IMG/VR virus record: IMGVR_UViG_3300019378_000009
Coordinates: 32,001 to 96,000 of that record
Direction: 5' to 3' (one strand)
Length of the DNA: 64,000 nucleotides
DNA from: a virus
Lineage: Duplodnaviria; Caudoviricetes
In this document: positions 30,401 through 40,090 of the stretch, in pieces
Position numbering within the stretch: the stretch's first letter is position 1
How the letters are laid out: every line of letters begins with the position of its first letter
Translations under genes and position numbers: made by a program
The notes under the pieces: model-generated
What the model was told of the DNA's origin: nothing
What the model saw: only the letters and a program-made list of their open reading frames with translations
The model's database searches: none

Positions 30401-33149
30401 CTTTAAAAATGCCTTTGAATCCTGCTTCAGCTCCCTCTTTAAGTGTTTTACCAAAAAGCTTAGGAAAGAATTTACCAAAAATTTTAGTAATCCATTCTGC
30501 AATATCATCCCATAGTTTACCAAAAATATTTTTAGTAGTTTTAGTAACTTTTTTACCACCTTTAGCAATATCTACTAATACATCGTCAACAACTTGTGCA
30601 GGAGCCGACAACGACGCTTGAGGTTTTACTTTTGCTTTTATTTTAAATGAACGATTGGCCTGTTTTTTAATAATAGATTTAGAGGCCTGCTCTACAATCT
30701 CTTCGCTGCTCTCTTTATTAATAAGAGAGGCAGTGCTAGAAGCAGTAATTACTGAAGTATTAGAACCTACATTTAAACCAGCACTTTGTTTCTGTGCTGC
30801 TTGCAACTTTCTCTCTGCTGCTATTTTACGCTCAGTATTTCTTAAATAATCATCTGTTTCTTTATCATGTACATTACCAACGTCGACCATAATATCGCCA
30901 GTTTCTGCAATTCCTTGTTGCAACTGATTTTCTGCGACTTGCTCTTTGGCAATATTTTCAGTTATTACAACTTGTGTTTCTGTAGACGCTTTTTGCTTTT
31001 CTTTCTCGGTTTTAATTTCTTTTTTGCCAACAACTATCTTGCTTTTAATTAGTTCAACAACTTTAGAAATATTTGTGCCCCATTCTGCTAACTTTGAAGT
31101 AATTTGCATTGCAAAGATGGGTGTCAAAACCGCTCCTATGCCCACAACAACTGCACCCAAGATTTCAGTGTGGTTACTTACATATTCTAAACCAGAAGAT
31201 ATTTTATCTAAAGTGTCTATAAATACATCGCTATTAGTAACAGTAGTAATCAATTGCTGGAAACTAGTAGTCAATCTGGTGCTAGCAGCTTCCAAACCTT
31301 CCATATACTTTCTATGTTGGGCCATAGTTGCGCCTGCAGAAGTCATTGAAATGTTTAACAATTCTTCCGTACGGCCAAAATCTTGCATCATTGCAATTAA
31401 ACGCGACTGTTGACGTGTACCAGCCAATGCCACAGTAACATTTGCTTGTTGGTTTCTATTTAAATCATCCCATTTGTGTCCAACTTCGGTCAAAACAAGC
31501 TCCAAATCTCTGAATTGACCATTTTGATCCATCAAAGAAACACCTATATTGTCTAAAGCTTTTTGTACTCGGTTTACATCTACGCCATCTTCTAAAGTTG
31601 CACCATAGTCAGTTAATTCTCTCATACGAGAAATAACTGTCTTCAACGCTGTACCGATGGTTTCCGGTGCTTCCTGTGTTACTTCTATGCCTTTTGCAAG
31701 CAATCCAAGAGTAAAGTCCATAGACATGCCGGCAAGATTGGCCTGAGCCGCGACCTTACTTAAAGCCACAGCTAGTCCTTCATAGTCAGTAGCAGATGCA
31801 GCCGCAAGCGCCGCAAACTTATCAGAAACTTCCATAGCCTGTTCCGCAGACATTTGGAAACCGTTCATGGCATTGGTCAACAACTCTATAGAACGAGTAC
31901 CATCAATACCTGCGATTCTAGCAGCCTTTGCTGCCGCCTCAGTTAATACAAGAGCATCCTGTAAAGTTTTACCCTGTTGCAAATACTTTGTTGTCATATC
32001 TGCAATCTGAGTTGTGGTCATACCAGTTTGCTTTGCAAGATCTTGTAGTGTACCAACAAGTTGCCACGCCTGTTCACGCGACAACGATGTAACGACAGTC
32101 ATATCAGTCAATGCTTTATCCATTTCCGTAATGGTTGCTTTAACTTGATTAACTACTCGTTTAAAACCGTTTAAAATTACACGATAAGATATAAAATTTA
32201 ATGCTGCTTTGGTAATTACATTACCATTTCTTCCCAAGGCTTCATTAAACTCATCTAGTGCCTGTTTATTTTCTTCTGTTTCTATTTTTGCCTTTTTAGC
32301 TTCTGCAACATTGGCTTTTGTGGCACTAGTGTGCTTTTTAAGATCGTCAATTGCCTCAGTCATGGGTAATAGATAAGATGGCGCTCTTTCATTGCTACTT
32401 GAGAGCGTCTCTTTTCTTGTTTCTTTTAAAACTGCTACTTGTTTTTGTAGTTCACTATATGCTTTTTGTTCTTTTTGTAATTTTTGAACTACTTCCGCAC
32501 TTTCTGTTTCTACTAAATCTGTATAAGTTTTATAAACTTTCGCAATAGCTTCCCATTCTGTTCCTGCAATCTTTGCAGGAGCCTGAGACATGGCAGCAGT
32601 TATGGTAGCCGCAGAAGATACATTCTTACCAGTTAATGGATTAAGAACAGAGCCTCCATGCTGCTCTACTGCTTTGGTCATTAGATTTTTACTTGTTTTT
32701 GCCGTAGGTGTGTAACCACCATCAGCTTGTTTGTTCCAACCACGAACCAAATCTCGTTGTTTTTGAATACTTATGCTTACTTTCTTTTGTAAATCATCGT
32801 ATTTTTTATCAATGGCATCTAGTTCAGATTGTAATGCGCCAGATATGGTTTTAGAGGTAAAAATTCTACCAAGTTCCTTAATTTGAGAAACTACGCCTGT
32901 TAAGGTTTTGCCTAATACCGCATACTCTTTTTCACTAACTTCTCCCGTTGCAGACATTTTAGATTGCATATCTCCCAACAGGCCGTCGATGGTTTTTAAG
33001 ACTGCGGCTAGTTTATTTGCCTCTGCTCCTTCTAACTTAACTTCTCCGCCATTTTGTATTTGTTTAAAAATGCCAGCAACTTTTTGCAAGTCTTGCATTT
33101 CGGCGGAAATTTTAACTTTTATTTCTTTTTTAGTAGTGTTCGCTGACAT
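27390..33149 (-). CDS. tail tape measure protein
   Basis: 1919 aa helical protein with a TP901-type core (MDKALTDM...IGTALKTVISR...AGTRQQSRL), a hydrophobic middle region and C-terminal ASGG...AWVDGT..KPEAFL. Confidence 0.92.
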   Translation of the reverse strand: MSANTTKKEIKVKISAEMQDLQKVAGIFKQIQNGGEVKLEGAEANKLAAVLKTIDGLLGDMQSKMSATGEVSEKEYAVLGKTLTGVVSQIKELGRIFTSKTISGALQSELDAIDKKYDDLQKKVSISIQKQRDLVRGWNKQADGGYTPTAKTSKNLMTKAVEQHGGSVLNPLTGKNVSSAATITAAMSQAPAKIAGTEWEAIAKVYKTYTDLVETESAEVVQKLQKEQKAYSELQKQVAVLKETRKETLSSSNERAPSYLLPMTEAIDDLKKHTSATKANVAEAKKAKIETEENKQALDEFNEALGRNGNVITKAALNFISYRVILNGFKRVVNQVKATITEMDKALTDMTVVTSLSREQAWQLVGTLQDLAKQTGMTTTQIADMTTKYLQQGKTLQDALVLTEAAAKAARIAGIDGTRSIELLTNAMNGFQMSAEQAMEVSDKFAALAAASATDYEGLAVALSKVAAQANLAGMSMDFTLGLLAKGIEVTQEAPETIGTALKTVISRMRELTDYGATLEDGVDVNRVQKALDNIGVSLMDQNGQFRDLELVLTEVGHKWDDLNRNQQANVTVALAGTRQQSRLIAMMQDFGRTEELLNISMTSAGATMAQHRKYMEGLEAASTRLTTSFQQLITTVTNSDVFIDTLDKISSGLEYVSNHTEILGAVVVGIGAVLTPIFAMQITSKLAEWGTNISKVVELIKSKIVVGKKEIKTEKEKQKASTETQVVITENIAKEQVAENQLQQGIAETGDIMVDVGNVHDKETDDYLRNTERKIAAERKLQAAQKQSAGLNVGSNTSVITASSTASLINKESSEEIVEQASKSIIKKQANRSFKIKAKVKPQASLSAPAQVVDDVLVDIAKGGKKVTKTTKNIFGKLWDDIAEWITKIFGKFFPKLFGKTLKEGAEAGFKGIFKGILKAAQSSLTWIGLIIEAVFYLLERAFSHFKDMGGSLKDYLSLIPKLLVFLGKIFDAFSDIIRIVLAVNPALGLIVEAITWIFGAVMKFLPPIIDIIFEAINFVANLINLVGGVLNYFNIFKRLSPGLQVAAEFLQELADGFRVFNEYLADTQEIGERFMNWLQDTIPWLANTIKRLTGNTEKAAERKADRQADRERRKRSREDRRMRRREERDNKTEAGRQRQLEHKQEKLYDAKVKEQNLSAISKEYQLLSSKTYKTEEDYKRLEELAGEISSLSTDENNYMNEDGSVNWTKVTAEAKQAAEDIANLTNEAFTQAQTSIQKGDYNDSIKAAYIDKAFMELEKESANYTAVQLQNAANAIESTINTMEEAEFRSFAASEDNIGELQEGVLKMIKANGEGLQEQMDAYNDAVKEIPESAKKAFNAVYAEYERVADLMGMLGQKGDAALGVMSDWGFTGVELGELYNYMLEQHKMTEDQTKQLLANAFASSDGTADSFMLALAASNDEFKKQDVINLLMDIIGSTPQDVLEDYVREYSSYDDIIEASKKYAMGELSNIDLAALQRENAEFFQDPDNVKAFFAGTLNRDDLTTKATEKALKDWQFEMQKVQGALELADTDEKRRMAQAELEYLKQQQELMKYAWLYNSQAWKDAAALTKEELEQLKLQKEIQKVQDAIAAADQLELEDAQELLMLYEKQKKQLEAFTQQSEYKVLTENGLLFQDAEGNWIEDRAAMVAAAEKGVIDSSIVAWYDTNIDLLKKASEYSENAIEGQKQVLQDYYEQEKDLLEKMSNNYSNYFDKLDALQEEQERETKRESLVKQIAALSSGFGSSTKSMQKDLLQQLSELDEEAADARKQEIRDKALKTIEDKITHIDTMIDTIVNDPNFNVDKYIDLGETTQNASGGLVNYTGLAWVDGTPSKPEAFLSADDTLLIRHMLDGLAYSPTKAMQNIDGDSNSISIGSIVIQTNNLNNNQDFKKAGSILAQEFAKVIQERGLNVNTKK

Positions 33150-33157
33150 TTGTCACC

Positions 33158-33568
33158 TCACTTTTTCAAACTCTCCTGAAAGCTTGTAAGAATAGATTTA
33201 AATTCATTTTGTAAATCAGGAAGTTCTACTTCTTGCATTTGTTCTGCTATATATGTTGAAAAATTTTCAATTAAATCTTTAATCGACTCTTCGTCTATGC
33301 TTAAGATTATATCTGTTATTACACTACCTAGAATTCCATAGTTACCCTTAGAAAATTCACTAAATAAGGTAGAATTGCCCATACGAGAAATAGCAGTCAA
33401 TCCTTCTAAACAGTAGGCTAAATACAACTTCTGTAAAGACATATGTGTAGTTTTGTAAAATTGTGATTTTTTATAATTCTTTTTCTGTTGTTTAAGAAAG
33501 ACAGTTCTTTCCAAACAATCCATATTGTTGGCTTTTGCCAACATTTCTTTAATTTCTAAATTTGTCAT
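33158..33568 (-). CDS. hypothetical protein, possible tail assembly chaperone
   Basis: AAGGAG SD supports ATG at 33568; immediately upstream of the TMP. Confidence 0.5.
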   Translation of the reverse strand: MTNLEIKEMLAKANNMDCLERTVFLKQQKKNYKKSQFYKTTHMSLQKLYLAYCLEGLTAISRMGNSTLFSEFSKGNYGILGSVITDIILSIDEESIKDLIENFSTYIAEQMQEVELPDLQNEFKSILTSFQESLKK

Positions 33569-33578
33569 AAGCTTCTCC

Positions 33579-34298
33579 TTATTTATCTGTAATGTACTTA
33601 ATCTTTTTCTTCGACATGATTTGTCGTTTTTGTATATCATAGCCAATAATTTTTGGCACAAATTTAGTTAATGCTTGAATATGAAAATAATTCATATTAA
33701 ATAATTCATCAAATGTATAACCAAGCTCATAATTTAATGGCATAATAATTTTTAACAGTTCTTCATATTGACTATTATTACTAGTTTGCTTTTTATTGCC
33801 ATTTTTTATACGCTGTATTTCTGCTTCTTTATCAATTAACCATTGCGGTTTATATGCTTGAAATTGACTTTGATCATTAAACTTTTTTAAACCCGCGGAT
33901 ACTAATGCTATTTCGCATATACGTTCAAATAAAATTTGATCAATTTCTATACGTTTAATACTCCATATGCCATTATTATCTTCAAATTGTTCTTGCAATA
34001 AAAAACATAAAAAATATTTAATATTGCGTACCAAAATATTCTCCTTATTAAATTTATATAATTTTAACATTTCCCACAAGCTCGAATACTGATTATGAGT
34101 TTTATTCCTCCAATCCGCAGAGCTCATGTGACATAAAGCTAATGCATTTTGTATATAAGGATTAATAAAACTGTCTTTTAAATTAATTAAGCGCATATGA
34201 AAATCAAAATTATCTTTTAAATTGGCATCCGAGATATAAAAAGTAACAGGCTCTTCCGCAATTAACAAGATTTCAGAAAAATTATCTTGAAATTTCAT
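33579..34298 (-). CDS. putative tail assembly chaperone
   Basis: Position in the module; C-terminal YTFDELFNMNYFHI pattern. Confidence 0.5.
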   Translation of the reverse strand: MKFQDNFSEILLIAEEPVTFYISDANLKDNFDFHMRLINLKDSFINPYIQNALALCHMSSADWRNKTHNQYSSLWEMLKLYKFNKENILVRNIKYFLCFLLQEQFEDNNGIWSIKRIEIDQILFERICEIALVSAGLKKFNDQSQFQAYKPQWLIDKEAEIQRIKNGNKKQTSNNSQYEELLKIIMPLNYELGYTFDELFNMNYFHIQALTKFVPKIIGYDIQKRQIMSKKKIKYITDK

Positions 34299-34310
34299 GA
34301 TAGCTCCTTA

Positions 34311-36125
34311 TTATATAGATAAAGTTCTTATATTATTCATTTTAATACGATACATTATAGATAAAGAAGGCATTTTTTTATTAGTAATACTGCCATTATT
34401 AGATAAAATATTAAATGCTCTTCCGTATATTAATTTATAATCAGGTTTTTTCCCATGATTATTTAAAAAATCTTCCCATAACTTGCTAATAAGCAAATCT
34501 ATTTGTGTTTGCAAAAATTGAACCTGAGAATAGCTACTATAAGAAATCTGTCGTGCAGGATTGGACATCACTATTAAAAAATCCTTAATCTTAGCAGGAG
34601 TGATTTCTTTTAATTTTTCTAATATATCTGCAGTATTATGAATTGAACCAATACTTTCTAAAGCCATGGCTAACTGTTGATTATGTCCATCTTTTGGATT
34701 GCCAACAATTTTAGTACATATTTCCAACCAGGCTAAATAATAAATAATAGAATTATTAAAACGAATAAAACTTCTCATATTACTAGAAGGAATCGCCCCA
34801 GCATTGTTATAAACATATCTAATCAAACTGTTAATTTTATTTTGATTTTCTTTATAACTTTCTGAACCAACATGCTTGTTGATTTCATTAAAATTTAAAT
34901 TTGCAGAAGAGGCATTAGCTGAAAATAAATCTTCTGTCGTAACAGTTACTATATTATTATTTTGAGATATATTTTTAACCGCCATAGATAATTTAACACT
35001 TGAAGGGATATTAATAATAATATCTCCCACTGAAATAGAAAGAATTAAATCAGCTTTATTTATCTTATTGTCTAAACCGCCTTTTTGACCATAAGACTCA
35101 CCGCTTGCTAGAGTATGATACGCTCCTTTATTCAAACCAATATTTTGAGAAATAATATTAAAAACATTAGTTTCAAAAGAATTAATAATATCGTCTTGAT
35201 AGGCATTGATTATAGCGTTTTCAGATTTAGTAGATAATTCAAATTCAGTAATCTTGCCTAGTTCTTTACTATTGGGTTTTAATGTTTTCTGTACCTCTAT
35301 ACTCGCTCCGTAAATGCTCTTAGTAGATGCATCATTTTTAAAACTTTCTAGCCAATCTCTTACACGATCGTCTCCAATAAACTCAGCACGCATTTGTTCT
35401 GCTATTGCTTTAAAAACTTTTTGTAATTCTTTAATTTGTGGAGTGGTTTTAATATCTTTACACAGCATAGATTGTGCTGTTTTCTTATCTATAATATGAG
35501 CATGCAGTAGTCTTCCAACATAGTCTTCATATGATTCGCGGCCAAAATGATAATCAAGAGCAGAGGCGGCGCTTTGCGCCATTTTATAATTAAGTATTGA
35601 TTTTAAATTTGCAGATTGACCAATCTGTTCCAAATCATTATAATAATGTATAAAGTCTTCCCAAGTTTGTATATTAACATTATTTCCCATTTTGTGTTCT
35701 TCTTCGTTAATTTTATCAAACACTTGGGTTTTCCACAAATTATTAATTTGAATAATTCTAGTTCCTATAACACCCTTTTGCTCAGCTACTAGCTCCTCTA
35801 GCATTCGGCGCATAGAAACTTCAGCAGTATGTAAACCAGTAGACCAAGTTTTTTGGTGGGAGTGTATATAAGTATAGTGACCATTATTATTACCACCTAA
35901 AATATAAACCAAATTTGGATTTTTCAATTCTTGTATGGCATATTTAGAAACAGTATATTTATTTCTTTTGTTGTTTGCCTTAGACAAAGCCTCAAGCATT
36001 TTTTTATTTTCTTCTTGTTCTGCTTTTGCTTTGGTTTTAGCTTCTTGTTTTAATCTTTTTTGCTCTTTATCTTCTGTGGTATTTTTTTTATTACTTTTTC
36101 CCTTATTTAGTGCCATATTATTCAC
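34311..36125 (-). CDS. hypothetical protein (604 aa)
   Basis: Long ORF with a Lys-rich N-terminus; possible nuclease-like motif KADL...SVK. Confidence 0.6.
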   Translation of the reverse strand: MNNMALNKGKSNKKNTTEDKEQKRLKQEAKTKAKAEQEENKKMLEALSKANNKRNKYTVSKYAIQELKNPNLVYILGGNNNGHYTYIHSHQKTWSTGLHTAEVSMRRMLEELVAEQKGVIGTRIIQINNLWKTQVFDKINEEEHKMGNNVNIQTWEDFIHYYNDLEQIGQSANLKSILNYKMAQSAASALDYHFGRESYEDYVGRLLHAHIIDKKTAQSMLCKDIKTTPQIKELQKVFKAIAEQMRAEFIGDDRVRDWLESFKNDASTKSIYGASIEVQKTLKPNSKELGKITEFELSTKSENAIINAYQDDIINSFETNVFNIISQNIGLNKGAYHTLASGESYGQKGGLDNKINKADLILSISVGDIIINIPSSVKLSMAVKNISQNNNIVTVTTEDLFSANASSANLNFNEINKHVGSESYKENQNKINSLIRYVYNNAGAIPSSNMRSFIRFNNSIIYYLAWLEICTKIVGNPKDGHNQQLAMALESIGSIHNTADILEKLKEITPAKIKDFLIVMSNPARQISYSSYSQVQFLQTQIDLLISKLWEDFLNNHGKKPDYKLIYGRAFNILSNNGSITNKKMPSLSIMYRIKMNNIRTLSI

Positions 36126-36819
36126 CTATATGAAAATAGCTTTGTTCTTGTCCTCTGTGTATAATTTGCCATTGCAAAGGTGCGTGCAAAATAGTGCCAG
36201 ACACAAAATCAAATACTGGGATAGACATTAAAGAAGCTGCAGGAATTTTAATAAATAAACGATCACTGATCTTATTATTATTTCCTTTTGCAAAAATTTC
36301 TAAAGTAAAGTATCCATAATGAGGAGTATCAAAAGCAAAACAATCATTAGTAGATATAAAATCATAAAATACTAAATAAGACTGCCCCTCTTCAAAATCT
36401 CCAATTAGTTTACCCTCTTGAATTGTAAAATCAATCACTAAGTCATGATTTTCATTATAAACCCACGCATTAAAAATCTGTTCTGAATGAGGTAAAAAAA
36501 TTTGACCACCATCTGCTTCACAATAGCAAAAATTAGACAACATCTTTTTACCTTGTTTGTCAGCTACTAAGCTCATTACCTTATCATTTAATGCTACTTT
36601 ACTAATTGAAATATAATCTGGCAAACCATCTCTCGCCGCAATCACTTGATTTTTTGCAGAACTGTCTGAATTCGTAATGCGATATGATAAATTTACAATA
36701 ACATTTTCTAAAATAGTGTAAGGTTCACCAGCACTATATTTTTTACCACCAATAATGCGGTCAGAATTGCAGCGAATAATTACATCGCATAAATCTCCAT
36801 ATTCATATAAATTGTTCAT
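36118..36819 (-). CDS. hypothetical protein (possible tail component)
   Basis: GGAGGGG SD; first gene after the internal promoter. Confidence 0.6.
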   Translation of the reverse strand: MNNLYEYGDLCDVIIRCNSDRIIGGKKYSAGEPYTILENVIVNLSYRITNSDSSAKNQVIAARDGLPDYISISKVALNDKVMSLVADKQGKKMLSNFCYCEADGGQIFLPHSEQIFNAWVYNENHDLVIDFTIQEGKLIGDFEEGQSYLVFYDFISTNDCFAFDTPHYGYFTLEIFAKGNNNKISDRLFIKIPAASLMSIPVFDFVSGTILHAPLQWQIIHRGQEQSYFHIGE

Positions 36820-36842
36820 AATTATTCCCCTCCATTTATTAT

Positions 36843-36871
36843 ATTATAACACAAAGTAGTATAATTGTCAA
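36843..36871 (-). promoter_or_regulatory. consensus sigmaA promoter inside the tail module
   Basis: Minus strand TTGACA-N17-TATAAT with TG. Confidence 0.8.
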
Positions 36872-36877
36872 ATTCGG

Positions 36878-36905
36878 AAAAGAAAACCCGGAATTACTTC
36901 CGGGC
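36878..36905 (-). terminator. intrinsic terminator
   Basis: Minus strand CCCGGAA-GTAA-TTCCGGG followed by TTTTCTTTT. Confidence 0.75.
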
Positions 36906-37058
36906 ATCTTATTGTGCTTCCATTTTCAATCTTTTGTATATAAATTCCAAATTTCCGTCATTACAGTAGATTACAACTAATCTGTTTTAAATTATTATAT
37001 TACGCTGTCGTAGTTCTAAAATAATTTGCTGTTTTCTAAATCTTATTTTCAAAATAAA

Positions 37059-37988
37059 CTATTTAAGAGTGCTATAGTTTAATGCTAAGATACTATCTCC
37101 ACCAAAAACTATCCTTTGTAATTTATCTTGTCCAAAGAAGGAGTTTTCACCAATTTTAACAATTGTTGAAGGAATATAAATATTTTCAATTTTTATATTA
37201 TTATCCGCAAAAGCTCCATCTGTAATATACATAACTTTTTTACCCAAATGCCAAGCAGGAATAACAACATCACCGGTGTACACACTATCAGTTAATCCAA
37301 CAATGCTATAAGTTAAATTATCACTATTTAATTGATAATTTAAATTTTTATTAATCATATAACCAAATCTCAGCCAAGGTTTTTCCGCGATATGATAAAA
37401 TATATCATGCCCATTAAGATGTGCGTCATCCTTAATCTTTACAATTCCAACGTTACCACTACAATCAAATACAGCGGCATCGCCTTCTGCATCTTGTGTT
37501 AAATTTAAAACGCCATTTGGAATAAAACATGGAATAAAAATCCATACTTTTTTCTTTTGGCCAGTTTTTTGATCAATAAAAAATGTCTCACCTTCAATAG
37601 CAAAAGGACTAGGGAACTTATCGGTAACAGATAATATTCCCCTTTCTTCATCGTAATCACATCCGAAGAAAGTTTTTAAAACTTCTGCACTTCCCAATGC
37701 ATTTTGCATTTCCAGAGTCATTGTTTTTCCATATTTTAACAATGGATTTGCGTATCGTCCACCAGTAATAATCTTAGTAGGACCCTCTTGTGTTAAATTT
37801 GCTATTTTAAGAGTATCTATATATAAATGCGTACATTCAAAATCAAAAGGGGTTAAAGCACTGCCACTGGTTTTATGTACGCATCCACTTTTTACATTAT
37901 AAGAAGCTCCTGGCGCCAATTTATAAATGCAAGCATTCATAACAGTTACAACACCAAAGCCTTTCATTAAATCTTGAAAAGAAATCAT
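37059..37988 (-). CDS. major tail protein paralog with a C-terminal BspA-type LRR segment
   Basis: The first ~200 aa are highly similar to 38042-38767; the C-terminus reads VIP....KKV..I...AF.....I.IPSTIVKIGENSF. Confidence 0.75.
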   Translation of the reverse strand: MISFQDLMKGFGVVTVMNACIYKLAPGASYNVKSGCVHKTSGSALTPFDFECTHLYIDTLKIANLTQEGPTKIITGGRYANPLLKYGKTMTLEMQNALGSAEVLKTFFGCDYDEERGILSVTDKFPSPFAIEGETFFIDQKTGQKKKVWIFIPCFIPNGVLNLTQDAEGDAAVFDCSGNVGIVKIKDDAHLNGHDIFYHIAEKPWLRFGYMINKNLNYQLNSDNLTYSIVGLTDSVYTGDVVIPAWHLGKKVMYITDGAFADNNIKIENIYIPSTIVKIGENSFFGQDKLQRIVFGGDSILALNYSTLK

Positions 37989-37995
37989 TTATTTT

Positions 37996-38033
37996 CCTCT
38001 CTTTTAGAAAACCCTCCCGCCTAAACGGGAGGG
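37996..38033 (-). terminator. terminator/attenuator between the tail tube paralogs
   Basis: Minus strand CCCTCCCG-TTTAGG-CGGGAGGG-TTTTCT. Confidence 0.7.
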
Positions 38034-38041
38034 AATGTTAA

Positions 38042-38767
38042 TTATTCACCTGTTTGTTCTGTTTGCTCTGTTTCAGTGTGATAATCCTTATTCGGAGTAC
38101 CAGTAGCTTGAGCTTGATCTGCACCTGCAAACCAAGATTCGCTACGAATCTGATAAAATACTTCTTTAGTATTTGTATCGTCATCTGCACCTTCCCAAGG
38201 AGAGGCATCAGTTCTAATTTTAGTTACGCTTACAGTACCGTTAAGATCAAATACTGCAGCATCGCCCTCTGCATCCTGAGTAAGAGTAAGAATTGCATCA
38301 GGGAGGAACTGAGGAATAAAGATTTTTACATCTACTTTGTCTCCGCTCTTTTGATCTATAAAGAAAGTATCTCCTTCAATAGCAAAAGCGCCAGGGAATT
38401 TATCAGTTACAGAAAGAACTCCGTCTTCATAGTCGCAACCAAAAAATTCAGTTAATACAGCTTCTCTACCAAGCGCATCCTGCATCTCCATTGTCATAGT
38501 TTTACCATACTTAAGAAGAGGGTTAGCATATTGACCACCAGTAATAGTCTTAGTAGGACCTTCTTGTGTAAGATTTGCTATTTTAAGAGTGTCCAAATAA
38601 AGGCCAGTACATTCAAAATCATCGGGCGCCAATGCACCTGCATTGCTAGTACCATGTGCGCAAGAACCACGTCCAACATAAGTGACACCTTCCTTAAGCT
38701 TATAAATGCAAGCATTCATAACGGTTACGACACCAAAACCCTTCATTAAATCAGCAAAAGTTGCCAT
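38042..38767 (-). CDS. major tail (tube) protein
   Basis: Follows the head-tail genes; highly expressed codon style; LDTLK...GG..NP.L...MQDAL pattern. Confidence 0.7.
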   Translation of the reverse strand: MATFADLMKGFGVVTVMNACIYKLKEGVTYVGRGSCAHGTSNAGALAPDDFECTGLYLDTLKIANLTQEGPTKTITGGQYANPLLKYGKTMTMEMQDALGREAVLTEFFGCDYEDGVLSVTDKFPGAFAIEGDTFFIDQKSGDKVDVKIFIPQFLPDAILTLTQDAEGDAAVFDLNGTVSVTKIRTDASPWEGADDDTNTKEVFYQIRSESWFAGADQAQATGTPNKDYHTETEQTEQTGE

Positions 38768-38782
38768 TATAATTTTACCTCG

Positions 38783-39274
38783 TTAAAATTTATCAATTTT
38801 TCCGCTACCATCTGTAACTTCAAATAGTAACGCGTATCCAAACAATTTCTTACTGATAATTAAATCAGTCATTGTATCAAATACTAATTTGTTTGAAGCT
38901 GCAAACTTATGGTTATTTACCAATTTAATAATTCTATTACAAATTTGAATTGGTCTAATTTTTAAGTCTACAAGCTCCCATTTATCTTCGTTACATACCA
39001 CATTAATCTGAATGACTCCATCTAGTTTCTTAGTTTCGTCACCAGGTATAATTTGTGTGGTATAAATATTAATTACGCTATTTTTTGCATATTCTTCCTT
39101 ATTTTCAAAATCAAACACAGGTTTTAAAGTAATATAATCTTCTACCAATTGCGGCAAGGGTGCCAACATATTCAAAGCATTGTTAGAGTCATTAAACAAT
39201 AACTTCCTAATCAACTCATCCGCAAGCAATTTGTTCTTAATTCCTGCCAAAGTTTCTTCAATTTTTTCTAACAT
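38783..39274 (-). CDS. putative tail terminator/completion protein
   Basis: Size and position just upstream of the tail tube gene. Confidence 0.5.
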   Translation of the reverse strand: MLEKIEETLAGIKNKLLADELIRKLLFNDSNNALNMLAPLPQLVEDYITLKPVFDFENKEEYAKNSVINIYTTQIIPGDETKKLDGVIQINVVCNEDKWELVDLKIRPIQICNRIIKLVNNHKFAASNKLVFDTMTDLIISKKLFGYALLFEVTDGSGKIDKF

Positions 39275-40090
39275 TTATACTACCACCTTGTATGTTTTAC
39301 TAATAATTCCAGCATCATTTTTCACACTAATTTCAATTTCTTTTAAGCCATATGGTATCTCAAATACTACTTCATTTTCTTTGCGCGATTTTATGTTAAG
39401 GGGAGAAGAAGAATTAAAAAATCCTTGCAAAGTTCCGAATGTATAATTAATACCTGCCTTCAGTTCATCGCAATTGTGATACTCAATAACATCAGAGCTT
39501 TTAGAAAAGAAATCTCTTTCTAAAGAAGCATATACAATTCCTGGATTAGTAATTGCGTCATAATCAATTACTTTCCACGGTTTCTCGCCAATAATAACTT
39601 TAACACCATTTTTAATCCACTCTTGACGCGGCAAAATTAAAATGGGTTTTTCTTTATCTGAAACATTCAATTTTTGTTGAAATTCAGTATCTACATACGT
39701 TCTCAAAGATGAAATGAAATATCCACCACATTCAGTATAACTATCCATCACTTGAACTTTTGCGTTACATTGGTAAGCTTTTTGTTTTATATAAGACACT
39801 TCTCGCGGAATAATAACATCCTCATAAACAAAGAACATTTTATTATCCCAAGTGTAATAATCAGTTTTAAGAAGATTTTGTTTTAAATCTTGTTGCTTTG
39901 GTGTAAATACAATTGCCGTATCGGGACCCTCGGTATCTGTAAACACCATCGTTGCATCCCGGTCTATATCTAAGCGCACTATATGAATAATAATTGGAGA
40001 CGCACCTTCTGTAATAAAGCGTGTTTCAAATTTTTTTCTACACTCTGCTTCATTATTCATTCTTGTGCGAAACAAATCAAAATTACTCAT
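39275..40090 (-). CDS. putative head closure / neck protein
   Basis: Position in the head-tail joining block. Confidence 0.45.
   Translation of the reverse strand: MSNFDLFRTRMNNEAECRKKFETRFITEGASPIIIHIVRLDIDRDATMVFTDTEGPDTAIVFTPKQQDLKQNLLKTDYYTWDNKMFFVYEDVIIPREVSYIKQKAYQCNAKVQVMDSYTECGGYFISSLRTYVDTEFQQKLNVSDKEKPILILPRQEWIKNGVKVIIGEKPWKVIDYDAITNPGIVYASLERDFFSKSSDVIEYHNCDELKAGINYTFGTLQGFFNSSSPLNIKSRKENEVVFEIPYGLKEIEISVKNDAGIISKTYKVVV

Noticed and set aside
36909-37061. Stop-codon reassignment (alternative genetic code)
   Set aside because: The interruption includes TAA as well as TAG, and all core genes are intact in code 11.
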